This document shows, piece after piece, positions 20,201-29,247 of a stretch of 64,000 nucleotides of DNA. The position numbers were made by a program, and so were the translations under genes. Within the stretch, counting starts at the first letter, position 1. The number at the start of each line of letters is the position of its first letter. Source of the DNA: a virus; the IMG/VR virus record IMGVR_UViG_3300030099_006944, positions 32,001 through 96,000 of that record; one strand, 5' to 3'. The notes beneath the pieces were generated by a model. It saw only the letters and a program-made list of their open reading frames with translations, did not search any database and had not been told where the DNA came from.

Positions 20201-23200
20201 TAAACACAACACTGACAGCAGACGATCCTCGGGTTCAACCAATCATTGCAAAATTTGGTATGCACCCGGGACCACCGCCCCTGCCGGAACGCACTAGGGA
20301 GTTTTACGAAGAACAAAACAAAATGATAGAAAAACAGGGGTCTTTTTTAAATATAATGGTAAGCACTAGTGACTTTTTGATAACAGCCGGAGAAGCAGAA
20401 GCAGACCCTGTATTGATTAATCAGAGACTATCTAGAACTACTGTCGGAATAAAAATTGATAAACTGATAAGTCACATCCTTTTAACGACGTATGAATTTA
20501 TAGAAACAGAACTGGGCATCGATGAGTTTTTAAAAAGAATTAAAGATCATCCTGTAACTGGTTTTATATGGGATATTGGAGAAAAAATAATACAAGACTG
20601 CCCAACTCAACCATTGTTCCATCCACCAGTGAAGGACTTTCTAAGATCTTATTCAGTAGATTATCTTTGTGATACAACTGAAAGCCCAACGTTTCCAAAA
20701 TGTGTCGTGCCATCTATAAACCCTAGATATGTAATAAAAGAGTCTTTCCTGAAAGCGTTTCAAGAGGCGTTGGAAAAAATATTAACTGATTTGCTGACAA
20801 AGTTGTTCTTAAAAGTGTTAAACATGCTAGAAGGTGCTCTATGTAAGGCATTGGGGATAGCCGGCTCTTTGGTCGTTGATGCTCTGCAAGGAAACCTAGG
20901 AAACAATTCGTGGCTCAACGCTCTCGATCAGGCTTTTTGCGGAACAGGCGATGAAGATAAAACCAGAGACCTTGCCAATAATTTGCTAGGGATAAGCGGC
21001 GACCCTTCTCAGATCAATCCGGAATTAAAAGACCAAGCTAGTCTAGTTGTGGATATAATGGGTAGAGTTGGAACGACAGAACAGTTCCTAGGCAATCTTA
21101 TAAATGCAGCAGAAGATCAAGACACAAGATTTAATACTGTTCTAGCAGAAGCTATTACTTATGTCTCTCCTAATTTTGCGCAATTGCTCGGTGATCCCGC
21201 TCAGGTTGCTGCATTCTTTGAAAATGTAGGAAGCTATTTGCCTTTACAAGAGAAACAAAGTATTCAAGATCTTCTAGATGCTGGTTTACCTTCAATGCCG
21301 GTTAGTGATAGTATCTGTCTAACAAATGAACAATTGGCGGACTGGAACGAATCCAGAATTAGAAATTTAATTAACAATGGGTTTAGTCCTGCTGAGGCCG
21401 AAAACCAAATCAACCAGCTAAACTCTTCTGCTTTAAATGCATTAGGGGATCTTATGGATCTAGCTAGGCAACTACAATCCCCGGGAGGATTAGCAGCAGG
21501 GGAGCTTGGAAGACTTACTGACGCGTCCCAAAACCCTTCAAATCCAGCTCCAAGATCTGTACCGGCAGATCCCGCTGACCCCGGCGGCTTAGATTCAGTT
21601 CTCGGGCCACCAAGAGAGGAAGACCCTAGTTGCGCAGACAGACCAATCAATCCTTTTGCAAACTATATGGCACCAGAAACTATTGAAATCATGAACTCTG
21701 TACAGGATATGCAGTATGAGTTAATAGAGGATCTGTTGGTTGATGATACGCTAGACAAAAAAGGTGTTCTAGGGCAGGCACTAGCAGACACTAATGGTTT
21801 GAATTTTAGAAAACATTCTAGAAGAACAAAGTGGAGATATCTGTATCCGGATTACGCAAACACAGAAGATGAGTTTGACGAAAAGAAAGATAGCAAAGAT
21901 CCTTTGTTGAAACTTCTTATGGGCAATAGCGCAATGGCTGTCTTTCCGGAAACTGTTTCAAAGCATCTTAAAGACAGACTGACTACGCATTTGGAGGACA
22001 TTAATCTTTCAAATATATATACGAGAGATTCTTCTCCCGAAGTTGAAGAATTTAATGCCCCGGGCTTATCACCAAACATAGAGTGGCTACCAAAGACCAA
22101 TGATTTGCCTTTGGGTAACATGCAAATGATATATGAAGAGGGTGATCTTAAAGAATCAACATATTACAGGTTTCAATTGAACAATGTCTTCCGCGGGAAA
22201 TCATTTAGACACTTGGATTATAAAATTGGAATTTGGGATGAATTTTCTGTTAAAAAAGACGAAACCACCGGACAAGTTCAGGTATATTCTAAAGATTACG
22301 AGATGAAATTTAACGAAGATGAGTTAGAATGGTATTTGAAAAATGATATATATATCCCAAATGAAACAGAAAATTTAGACGTATCATTGGATTATAGAGA
22401 GTACGCTTTCACTGAATATTTCAAAAAGAGGCAGTCCAATGCTTTTCTAAATAATACTTTATTAACAGAAGATGTTCTGACTGAGACTTATGAGTTGATT
22501 AGTAATCAAGTGTTTAAGGGAGTGGTAGAAGAGATATTGACAGACCCAGATGATGAAAATGGAGGTGACCCTTTGGGTTTTGTTTTCGGGTATCAAAGTG
22601 ATGTTCTTCCGGAAGATGCTTTCGAATATGAAGTGTCACCAGATGCCAACGAAACAAAGACGCTAGGTTCCTACCCAAATTCAAATGGAAGGGTTGTACC
22701 GTTAAGTCCTGATACGTATCCGGGATTAGGGATATCGTATTTAAATCCTCCTTTCACTATCTTACCAATTCAGCACACTGGGTGGGTTGATATAGCCTCT
22801 GCAATTCTTCCCGGTGCAGAAGGGTGCGACCCAAAGACTCCTTCGGTATTGAAACTTGATGACATCAGAGAAAGGGTGAAAACTTTGTCAAAAGATTTAC
22901 CTTTGGACCCTAGGTTATCAAAAGATGCGGATTGTGTTGATGAAATCCCTTTCAATATAATAATGGACAAGACAGCAAAAGCAGCACTAGATGGCACTGT
23001 GCGTACAACAATTAGGCTTTACGCAACAGAATATTTTCTTAGGGCAATGGGGCCATTATCAAATTTGCAATTCAACTCTGAGAACTACGATCATCATTTG
23101 AGTGATTATATATTGGAAGAAATGAAGAGGACTATGCTTGAATCCGGATCACGCTCCGGAGCTAGAAGAATCAGGATAAAAAGACAAAATTATTGGTATA

Positions 23201-25077
23201 CTTTTTTAGAACAATCCGTTGAAGCATATCAAAGAATGATAGATATGGACAAAATAACACCTCCGGATTATTTAGCACAACATTTAGAAAATATACAAAA
23301 GTGTCGCGACAACTACATTTATCCTACTAGAAAATTAAGATTAGAGTTTTTTAATAACCCACCACACAGATTGTTTAATCTACCCGGTAGGGAACTGACA
23401 GTGGATGATCTGGGAAATACAAACTTTATGAATTGGGCCATAGCTTATCGTTTGTATGAAGAAAGAATGTTCTCATCCAGTTCAGAAATAGATATGAACT
23501 TTAAGTATTTGGTAAGGCTCAAAAAAATAAGATTCTTTTCTAAAATATTGGCTATCCGAACCGTAGAGGAATCAGCCAAGGCTATCTTAGCAGAACTAAT
23601 TCGATCGGAACTAAGAACAGTAGTTAAGAAATTTGACCAAAAGACAATGTTTTCTCCAAAGATTGAAGATTTAAAAAGATATTTTTTGGGAATGGATAAG
23701 ATATTCAACAACACTAGTTTGAGAATAGGTCTTAAATCATATTACAACGATAAAGCAAATAGTGATTTTGTTGATACTGGTGATGTTGATAATGTAAACT
23801 CAGACGTTTCCACTTTTAAATACGACCATGGAGATCAAGATTTCTTGTTGGTTCTAGAAAAATATATAAAACTAGAAGACAAGGCAATGGATGATCTTCC
23901 TATTCCGTCCGGAGAACTAACAGAGGAAGAACAAACGCTCATAATGAGAGAATTCACTGAAAGGGATCCCAACTTGAAGGGAGTAATCTCTATGGACCAA
24001 GTACCAGATGTGATGGCTACTATTCAAGCAGAGTATGCACAAGGAAAACATTTATCTGATTTTTTTGGAAACCTTAAATTTACTTACAAGGTCAACATAA
24101 AGGATGTGTTTGATAATTTACTTAACATCTCCACATCCAGAGGCAACATGGCACTGATAAATAAGTTGGTAGCGATAAATCCAGAAGAGGCAACCAAAAT
24201 AAGGACAGCATTCCAATCATATGGATTAAATCAAGATTATGAGTTTTTTGAAGTTTTCGTATCCGAAGAGTTTTATGATGTATCTAATTTGGAGCCTTCT
24301 GGTGTAACAGGCACCACCGGCGTTTCTTATGGATTACGTGCATGCATAACTCCAAACCCAGAATCTGATTTGTACGAAATGCTTAACACTCGATTACTAG
24401 AATTAATCGACGCCGCCAGAGAAGCAGCCGACGATGCAGAAGAGGAATTTAATCTGAATGATTTTATTAACAATAGTGTCTCAAATACCAATAAGGCTTT
24501 TATATTTAACGTTGGAGACGAGGATAATCCGGAGTTTCAATATTTGATCCCAATAATATCTAAGGAACTAGAAGTTAAAGATTCCCTATTGAGCACTTTC
24601 GATCCATATTCTGGTCCGGACTCGTATGATATGGAGTGCATGGTAGATCTTATGGTTTCAGACGCACAATATTCCATATTGTTTGATAAGATTTTCCCAT
24701 TAAAAGTTATCTCTTCAATGACATCAGTGTTTTGTTGTTATGGCTTCCCTTACTCTTTGGGGCAATATGAAGGTGAGAGAGAAGAAGACTATGACGAAGA
24801 TGCAGATTGGGATCGAACGTTTTATAAGAAAAGTAGAAATTTTTTAAGAAGAGAGTTTCAGGGGCATTATTTATCTAGATATTTAGAAAATGAAGTCGAC
24901 GATAGGACAGATGATGAGCGACGAGATAGATTTAAGTTAAGAAATCCGTTTGCTGATATACATTTTAGTACTAATTGGCTCAAAGGACTCAATTGGTTTC
25001 AAAGGAGAAGACTGGTCTCGGCGCCCTATGATGCAAACGGAAACGAATGTGCTGATCCTGTAAAAGATTTGTTTTAA
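17290..25077 (+). CDS. Giant (2595 aa) acidic virion protein, function unknown
   Basis: Uninterrupted ORF between the spike-like gene and gp25; Gly/Ala hydrophobic segment near the N-terminus; scattered Cys; largely helical. Confidence 0.75.
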   Translation: MDKKFSDFQENSCDERQTITFKKKVNPCPPCTPNPDYFLEKNWFEMEEPWLDQSTCRYNIRIRKSDLERDLSQRGDFNGTPTDQQKIRFGIRALLAHHNRLIADETVCGIGGCMTSIDDIKEFRESIREYQTALGQYEATESTQELSVAGAAGAGLLAAFGVGGGWAVFGTAALAGILIDSLHAARMMTARNENFSESELEDLGLFLRSYLGTDLSYRLDKLSALYPQIHPFALEWHAKLEAQHMTEAGLVYYKISVPALDFHRIPENPITDTTEETATNAIQLNDIIIDGPDFIEDMIKLKFALQAYEFYYTAFQHVEKIQIVQQEDITKRLSYNAAIMTLGSFKNTLNRVLRKNGYQSLNSLADFFTGKPFANKIKFRFNIEDDRPFNLAKNENGQFEVYVLGGDCPDFVLLEGTQELNNPRYIEAYGFLSRIDDIMSDLTAENTRPWLEFTLEYFYPKYVVDYGLNSGEADEEQQNALLCFLEKQLGFGDGAFINSLSQSILSAFDIMRDDFVKKSCKKEDEVSEHTWWFKKSEEQKEEEERRKDAERRAEMISRLEEREYKKLINEEIRKIEQTQEWLATPEAASGQRPTESTVESFTGVSLGVYRERANIAANKAYDDPQSWADNKPWVHDANMAAMETIEKDLLLINEVKKYFDPAPSKDDLLDLVISIGICGNSKLVDKAIKCLTSGLTIEDILEIMVEKLFSSMNLRFVPRFLNGLPLQIRDDLNDILLQEFGVEDIVQLLMAKVESGNLTVGDVMGGDNNKVKQIYDKFLNTPAPDIEEWDQVSFASELVGVSRAEWHSDLTTLLINVDRDTETGVIVVLPKEDPGYKEQRKQLKILKRKIRRLLTKSEMRFIEGAKNRYNNVKDSINEGIQNFKTTQEEREQMRQLVKEMTWHFGSDSNGDFVYLKSGPSEEWTNKEYYNSPSYVQPMAEVRILEDNGGWVYEQDIDSSITFIEVPSGNLLNTTLTADDPRVQPIIAKFGMHPGPPPLPERTREFYEEQNKMIEKQGSFLNIMVSTSDFLITAGEAEADPVLINQRLSRTTVGIKIDKLISHILLTTYEFIETELGIDEFLKRIKDHPVTGFIWDIGEKIIQDCPTQPLFHPPVKDFLRSYSVDYLCDTTESPTFPKCVVPSINPRYVIKESFLKAFQEALEKILTDLLTKLFLKVLNMLEGALCKALGIAGSLVVDALQGNLGNNSWLNALDQAFCGTGDEDKTRDLANNLLGISGDPSQINPELKDQASLVVDIMGRVGTTEQFLGNLINAAEDQDTRFNTVLAEAITYVSPNFAQLLGDPAQVAAFFENVGSYLPLQEKQSIQDLLDAGLPSMPVSDSICLTNEQLADWNESRIRNLINNGFSPAEAENQINQLNSSALNALGDLMDLARQLQSPGGLAAGELGRLTDASQNPSNPAPRSVPADPADPGGLDSVLGPPREEDPSCADRPINPFANYMAPETIEIMNSVQDMQYELIEDLLVDDTLDKKGVLGQALADTNGLNFRKHSRRTKWRYLYPDYANTEDEFDEKKDSKDPLLKLLMGNSAMAVFPETVSKHLKDRLTTHLEDINLSNIYTRDSSPEVEEFNAPGLSPNIEWLPKTNDLPLGNMQMIYEEGDLKESTYYRFQLNNVFRGKSFRHLDYKIGIWDEFSVKKDETTGQVQVYSKDYEMKFNEDELEWYLKNDIYIPNETENLDVSLDYREYAFTEYFKKRQSNAFLNNTLLTEDVLTETYELISNQVFKGVVEEILTDPDDENGGDPLGFVFGYQSDVLPEDAFEYEVSPDANETKTLGSYPNSNGRVVPLSPDTYPGLGISYLNPPFTILPIQHTGWVDIASAILPGAEGCDPKTPSVLKLDDIRERVKTLSKDLPLDPRLSKDADCVDEIPFNIIMDKTAKAALDGTVRTTIRLYATEYFLRAMGPLSNLQFNSENYDHHLSDYILEEMKRTMLESGSRSGARRIRIKRQNYWYTFLEQSVEAYQRMIDMDKITPPDYLAQHLENIQKCRDNYIYPTRKLRLEFFNNPPHRLFNLPGRELTVDDLGNTNFMNWAIAYRLYEERMFSSSSEIDMNFKYLVRLKKIRFFSKILAIRTVEESAKAILAELIRSELRTVVKKFDQKTMFSPKIEDLKRYFLGMDKIFNNTSLRIGLKSYYNDKANSDFVDTGDVDNVNSDVSTFKYDHGDQDFLLVLEKYIKLEDKAMDDLPIPSGELTEEEQTLIMREFTERDPNLKGVISMDQVPDVMATIQAEYAQGKHLSDFFGNLKFTYKVNIKDVFDNLLNISTSRGNMALINKLVAINPEEATKIRTAFQSYGLNQDYEFFEVFVSEEFYDVSNLEPSGVTGTTGVSYGLRACITPNPESDLYEMLNTRLLELIDAAREAADDAEEEFNLNDFINNSVSNTNKAFIFNVGDEDNPEFQYLIPIISKELEVKDSLLSTFDPYSGPDSYDMECMVDLMVSDAQYSILFDKIFPLKVISSMTSVFCCYGFPYSLGQYEGEREEDYDEDADWDRTFYKKSRNFLRREFQGHYLSRYLENEVDDRTDDERRDRFKLRNPFADIHFSTNWLKGLNWFQRRRLVSAPYDANGNECADPVKDLF

Positions 25078-25081
25078 GTGT

Positions 25082-25089
25082 CTATTTAG
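25082..25089 (+). promoter_or_regulatory. Candidate late-promoter motif CTATTTAG
   Basis: Intergenic, upstream of the AGGAG RBS of gp25. Confidence 0.45.
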
Positions 25090-25106
25090 GTTGATAGGAG
25101 ATTGTA

Positions 25107-25502
25107 ATGCCGTTATATGGACCCAAATGGCCTTTAAAATCAGGCAAAGAAGATACATACGAATTGAACACGAACCTCAGAGATCAGGTTAATTATAATT
25201 TGAAATGTATACTTTTAACATCCCCGGGAGAGAATATAAGCAGTCCCGGTTACGGCGTTGGACTGCGGTTTTATTTGTTTGAATCAAACAATGTATATAC
25301 GAGAAACCAAATTGTAAAAAGAATAAGAAATCAAGTATCAACATACGTTCCAGACATTAATCTGATTGATGTCGTGATAGAATCAGATGCCGCAGATATT
25401 GATCAAAATAGTTTATCGATAAAGATATATTATCGCTTAAATGATGAAAAGGTGGAGTTTGAGTTGACCATGGCAAATACCACCCAGACAGGATACAGTT
25501 AA
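25107..25502 (+). CDS. Baseplate wedge subunit, gp25/GPW family
   Basis: LKCILLTSPGE....YGVGLRFYLFE signature; 131 aa; precedes the gp6-like gene. Confidence 0.9.
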   Translation: MPLYGPKWPLKSGKEDTYELNTNLRDQVNYNLKCILLTSPGENISSPGYGVGLRFYLFESNNVYTRNQIVKRIRNQVSTYVPDINLIDVVIESDAADIDQNSLSIKIYYRLNDEKVEFELTMANTTQTGYS

Positions 25503-25504
25503 AT

Positions 25505-27301
25505 ATGAAAAACAAAAAACGAGCAATTAATTACACAAATAGAAGCTTTAATACTATCAAAAGAGATTTGGAGAATATGGCAAAAGTCCACTATCCAGAT
25601 ACTTATAAGGACTTTTCCGAGAACTCGTTTGGGTCTTTTATACTAGATGCTGTTTCTTATGTGGGAGACCAACTCTCATTTTATTTAGATTATCAAGTTA
25701 ACGAAACTTTCTTGGAAACCGCTATTGAATACGATAACATCAAGAGGATGGCCGAAAACTATGGCTACACTTATGCTCCTCGCCCGGCTGCATTTGGTAT
25801 GGCTGTGTTTTATGTACTAGTACCAGCGTCATCTACTGGTCTTGGTCCTGACCCTAGGTATATACCTGTTTTAAGAACAGGAACCGAAGTTCAGTCCCAA
25901 ACGAACATAAATTTTGTTCTCACTGAGGATGTTGATTTCAATCACCCCAAAAACTCTGTTGTTGCCGCTCGATTTAGCGCCTCCTCTGGTAAACCTACTC
26001 AGTATGCCATTCGAGCATTCGGTCAAATAAAATCGTCTCTAAGATACAGAACAACAGTTCCAGTAGGAGACTTCACTAAATTTCGAAGAGTACGCGTCGG
26101 CCCGGGTTCTATTATTGATGTTGTATCTGTTTTTGATTCGGAAGGTCATGAATATTTCAAAGTCGAGAACCTGACACAAGACATCATACACGAAGAGACC
26201 GTTAATCCAAATGTAAAATCTGATGGTGTTCGTTCTATTTTGAAACCAAAAGCAGTCAAAAGAAGATTTGTCGTCGTACAAGATTCATCAGGGACTTATT
26301 TACAGTTTGGTTCTGGTTCTGATGAGGAAGTGACAACAGTAGATCATTTAGACCCATCACAGGTTGCTCTACAAATGTCCGGAAGAGACTATATATCTGA
26401 CGATCAATTTGATCCAACAAAACTTTTATATAGTGATTCTTTGGGGATATGCCCATCTAACACAACGCTGACTGTTATATATGAGAAAAATGCAGCAGAT
26501 TCAATAAATCTATCCTCTAATTCAATCACTAGAATGGCCAATAGGATTTTGACATTCCCAAACAGAACCGCGACCAGCGACATTACAGTGGAAAATGCAG
26601 TAACCAATTCGTTGGAAGTATCTAACGAGAAACCCATCGTTGGAAACACCAGTATCCCAACAGCAGAAGAAGTAAAGATACGATCGTACAGTGCTTTTGC
26701 TTCTCAATCTAGAATAGTTACTAAGAATGATTATGAAACGTATTGTTATCACATGCCGGCAAAATTTGGATCCGTTAAGAGAGCCAATGTTGTGTCAGAC
26801 CCTTCTTTTACCGATAAAGTGATAGACATATATGTCATAAGTACAGATGGTGCCAACAACCTAGTGACGACGAATGACACCATAAAGGTTAATTTAAAAA
26901 CTTGGCTTAACAGAAATTGTTCTATTAATGATAGAATTAATATAAAAAACGCAATCATATGTAATATAGGCTTTGAATACGTTATAACCGTTGATCCAAA
27001 GCGTAACAAGACTTCTGTGATCAATGCTGTTAATAGCAAACTTAGAGAGCACTTGGCTGATAAGTTTTATATTGGAGAATCTTTTTATATATCGAATCTG
27101 TATTATACTATCAATAAAGTATCCGGAGTTGTTGATGTCAAAGATGTTACAATGAAACTACCTAGTAGCAATTCGTTGACACAACCAAATGTCACAATAG
27201 ACCAAATGATGTCCAAAGACGGCACTAGACTGGACCCTCCAAAGAACGTCATATTTGAACTTAAAGAATTTAACAATGTTGTTACAGGAATTGCCCTATG
27301 A
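25505..27301 (+). CDS. Baseplate wedge protein, T4 gp6 / baseplate J-like
   Basis: INYTNRSFNTIKRDL, SYVGDQLSFYLDYQVNETFLETA, SRIVTKNDY, INKVSGVVDV motifs. Confidence 0.9.
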   Translation: MKNKKRAINYTNRSFNTIKRDLENMAKVHYPDTYKDFSENSFGSFILDAVSYVGDQLSFYLDYQVNETFLETAIEYDNIKRMAENYGYTYAPRPAAFGMAVFYVLVPASSTGLGPDPRYIPVLRTGTEVQSQTNINFVLTEDVDFNHPKNSVVAARFSASSGKPTQYAIRAFGQIKSSLRYRTTVPVGDFTKFRRVRVGPGSIIDVVSVFDSEGHEYFKVENLTQDIIHEETVNPNVKSDGVRSILKPKAVKRRFVVVQDSSGTYLQFGSGSDEEVTTVDHLDPSQVALQMSGRDYISDDQFDPTKLLYSDSLGICPSNTTLTVIYEKNAADSINLSSNSITRMANRILTFPNRTATSDITVENAVTNSLEVSNEKPIVGNTSIPTAEEVKIRSYSAFASQSRIVTKNDYETYCYHMPAKFGSVKRANVVSDPSFTDKVIDIYVISTDGANNLVTTNDTIKVNLKTWLNRNCSINDRINIKNAIICNIGFEYVITVDPKRNKTSVINAVNSKLREHLADKFYIGESFYISNLYYTINKVSGVVDVKDVTMKLPSSNSLTQPNVTIDQMMSKDGTRLDPPKNVIFELKEFNNVVTGIAL

Positions 27302-29247
27302 TAAAAAGATATTTTGCCACAAAAGATAACACAATAACAAACGCTTTTAAAGAGGATCTAACAACCAGAGGTACTGGTTCGAACATGGGAGCCTCAGATG
27401 TCGTAGAGGTGTTTTCTATATATGGCCAAGCAGCTTCTGGCTCTGCTGAACTTTCCAGAGTGCTACTACAATTTGATATGTCTCATTTATCAACAGACCG
27501 TTCAGCGACAACCATACCGGGCAGTGGATCTGTTTCTTGGTTTCTTAAAATGTATGATGCTCCGCACTCCAAAACAGTTCCGCGAGATTATACATTGGTT
27601 GTTTCACAAGTATCATCGTCTTGGCAAGAAGGTTATGGTTTGGATATGGAGAACTATGAGGACATAACACGAGACAACATTGGATCAAGTTGGGTTAATG
27701 CGAACAATAGTTTTGCTAGCGCGAGTGCCACAATCACAGCGTTAAGTAAGACTGCCGGACAAGCAAACACGCGAGTTTTATCTGTTGCAGATTCAGCAGG
27801 AAACTCTGTTAGTTTCGCGATCGATAATAGTCTCTCTACCTCGACTGCCACCAAAATAGCCTTTGCGAACGCAAACAGTAACGCAAATCAGTTCGCAACC
27901 AATATAGCGGCAGCAGTAAATGCTGCCATGGCGGCATCGACTTTAAATGTCTCCGCTAGTTCATCCGACGCCACTGTGACCCTGACTCAAACTGCGAAAG
28001 GTATTGCTGGTAATTCTGCTGCGACCATCGTCGGTACTGCCGTCAGTGATAGTGTTTTGACTGTTGCAAGCCAATTTAGTGGTGGCGACGGTGAGTGGGC
28101 TACTCCCGGCGGTGATTTTAGAAGCACTGGTATGAAAGAACAGTCTTTCACAACAGGATTAGAAGACCTAGATTTAGATGTCACACATATCGTAGAGAAT
28201 TGGTTAGATGGAGGGGCTGCTGGTACCACTAATTACGGTTTTGGTATCTATCTGACAAGTTCTTTGGAAGCATATCATTCAAACTCTTCCGGAACAACAA
28301 GCGGCTCAGTCTTGCATAATGTCTCAGGTTCAACAAAATCATATTATACAAAAAGGTTTTTTGGTCGAGAAAGCGAGTTTTTCTTCAAAAGACCAGTGTT
28401 GGAAGCAAGATGGGATGATTCCCGTCGCGATGATCGCGGAAACTTTTATTTCTCTTCATCTCTGGCACCTGCAGGTGATAACTTAAACACAATATATTTA
28501 TACAACTATGTTCGTGGTAGACTAAGAGATATTCCATCCATTGGCACTAATCCAATCCATGTCAGTTTATTTTCAGGATCTTCCGATAATACCTCTCCTT
28601 CCGGAAGCGCTTTGGCACTTTCACTAGATATTGGAGGCAACGTTGGGTCAAACAACGTATATGTTGTTACTGGTAGTCGCGTTGCAACGGGTATATATGC
28701 TGCTACGTTTGCTATGACAGGCTCTTCTTCTTTATCCAAGGTATTCGATGTATGGTTTAGCGGAAGCACATCGATTCAGACCGCTGCTGGTGCTGCTATA
28801 CAGTTTTCTACGGGCTCTATATCCCCTAATTCTTTTAATGGAATGGGCGCCACGGAAAGTCAAAATTATGTATTGTCTATGCCAAATCTTAGAAATCAAT
28901 ATAGATACGGCGAGACTCCGAAAATGAGGTTGTATGTTAGAGAAAAGAATTGGTCTCCCAACATTTACACTGTTGCTAACCAAACATCTATACCGAGTTT
29001 GCTTATCGAGAGCGCTTCGTATCAAATAAAAAGAGCGATTGATGATGAAATAGTTGTTCCATACGGAACAGGATCTTTGTATCATACCGGATTATCGTAT
29101 GATGTGACAGGAAATTACTTTAAATTGGACACTAGGATGTTTGAACAAGGATATCAGTATGAAATTTATTATGCTTTCTATAATGAAGATACGGCTAATT
29201 ATGTAGAACAACCTTATAAGTTTAAATTTAGAGTGAGCGAAGAATGA
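27298..29247 (+). CDS. Baseplate/tail structural protein with an inserted Ala/Ser/Thr-rich module
   Basis: MIKRYFATKDNTI start, SRVLLQFD, KRFFGRES..RPVLEARWDD; inserted module ~27718-28086 ending FSGG. Confidence 0.65.
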   Translation: MIKRYFATKDNTITNAFKEDLTTRGTGSNMGASDVVEVFSIYGQAASGSAELSRVLLQFDMSHLSTDRSATTIPGSGSVSWFLKMYDAPHSKTVPRDYTLVVSQVSSSWQEGYGLDMENYEDITRDNIGSSWVNANNSFASASATITALSKTAGQANTRVLSVADSAGNSVSFAIDNSLSTSTATKIAFANANSNANQFATNIAAAVNAAMAASTLNVSASSSDATVTLTQTAKGIAGNSAATIVGTAVSDSVLTVASQFSGGDGEWATPGGDFRSTGMKEQSFTTGLEDLDLDVTHIVENWLDGGAAGTTNYGFGIYLTSSLEAYHSNSSGTTSGSVLHNVSGSTKSYYTKRFFGRESEFFFKRPVLEARWDDSRRDDRGNFYFSSSLAPAGDNLNTIYLYNYVRGRLRDIPSIGTNPIHVSLFSGSSDNTSPSGSALALSLDIGGNVGSNNVYVVTGSRVATGIYAATFAMTGSSSLSKVFDVWFSGSTSIQTAAGAAIQFSTGSISPNSFNGMGATESQNYVLSMPNLRNQYRYGETPKMRLYVREKNWSPNIYTVANQTSIPSLLIESASYQIKRAIDDEIVVPYGTGSLYHTGLSYDVTGNYFKLDTRMFEQGYQYEIYYAFYNEDTANYVEQPYKFKFRVSEE

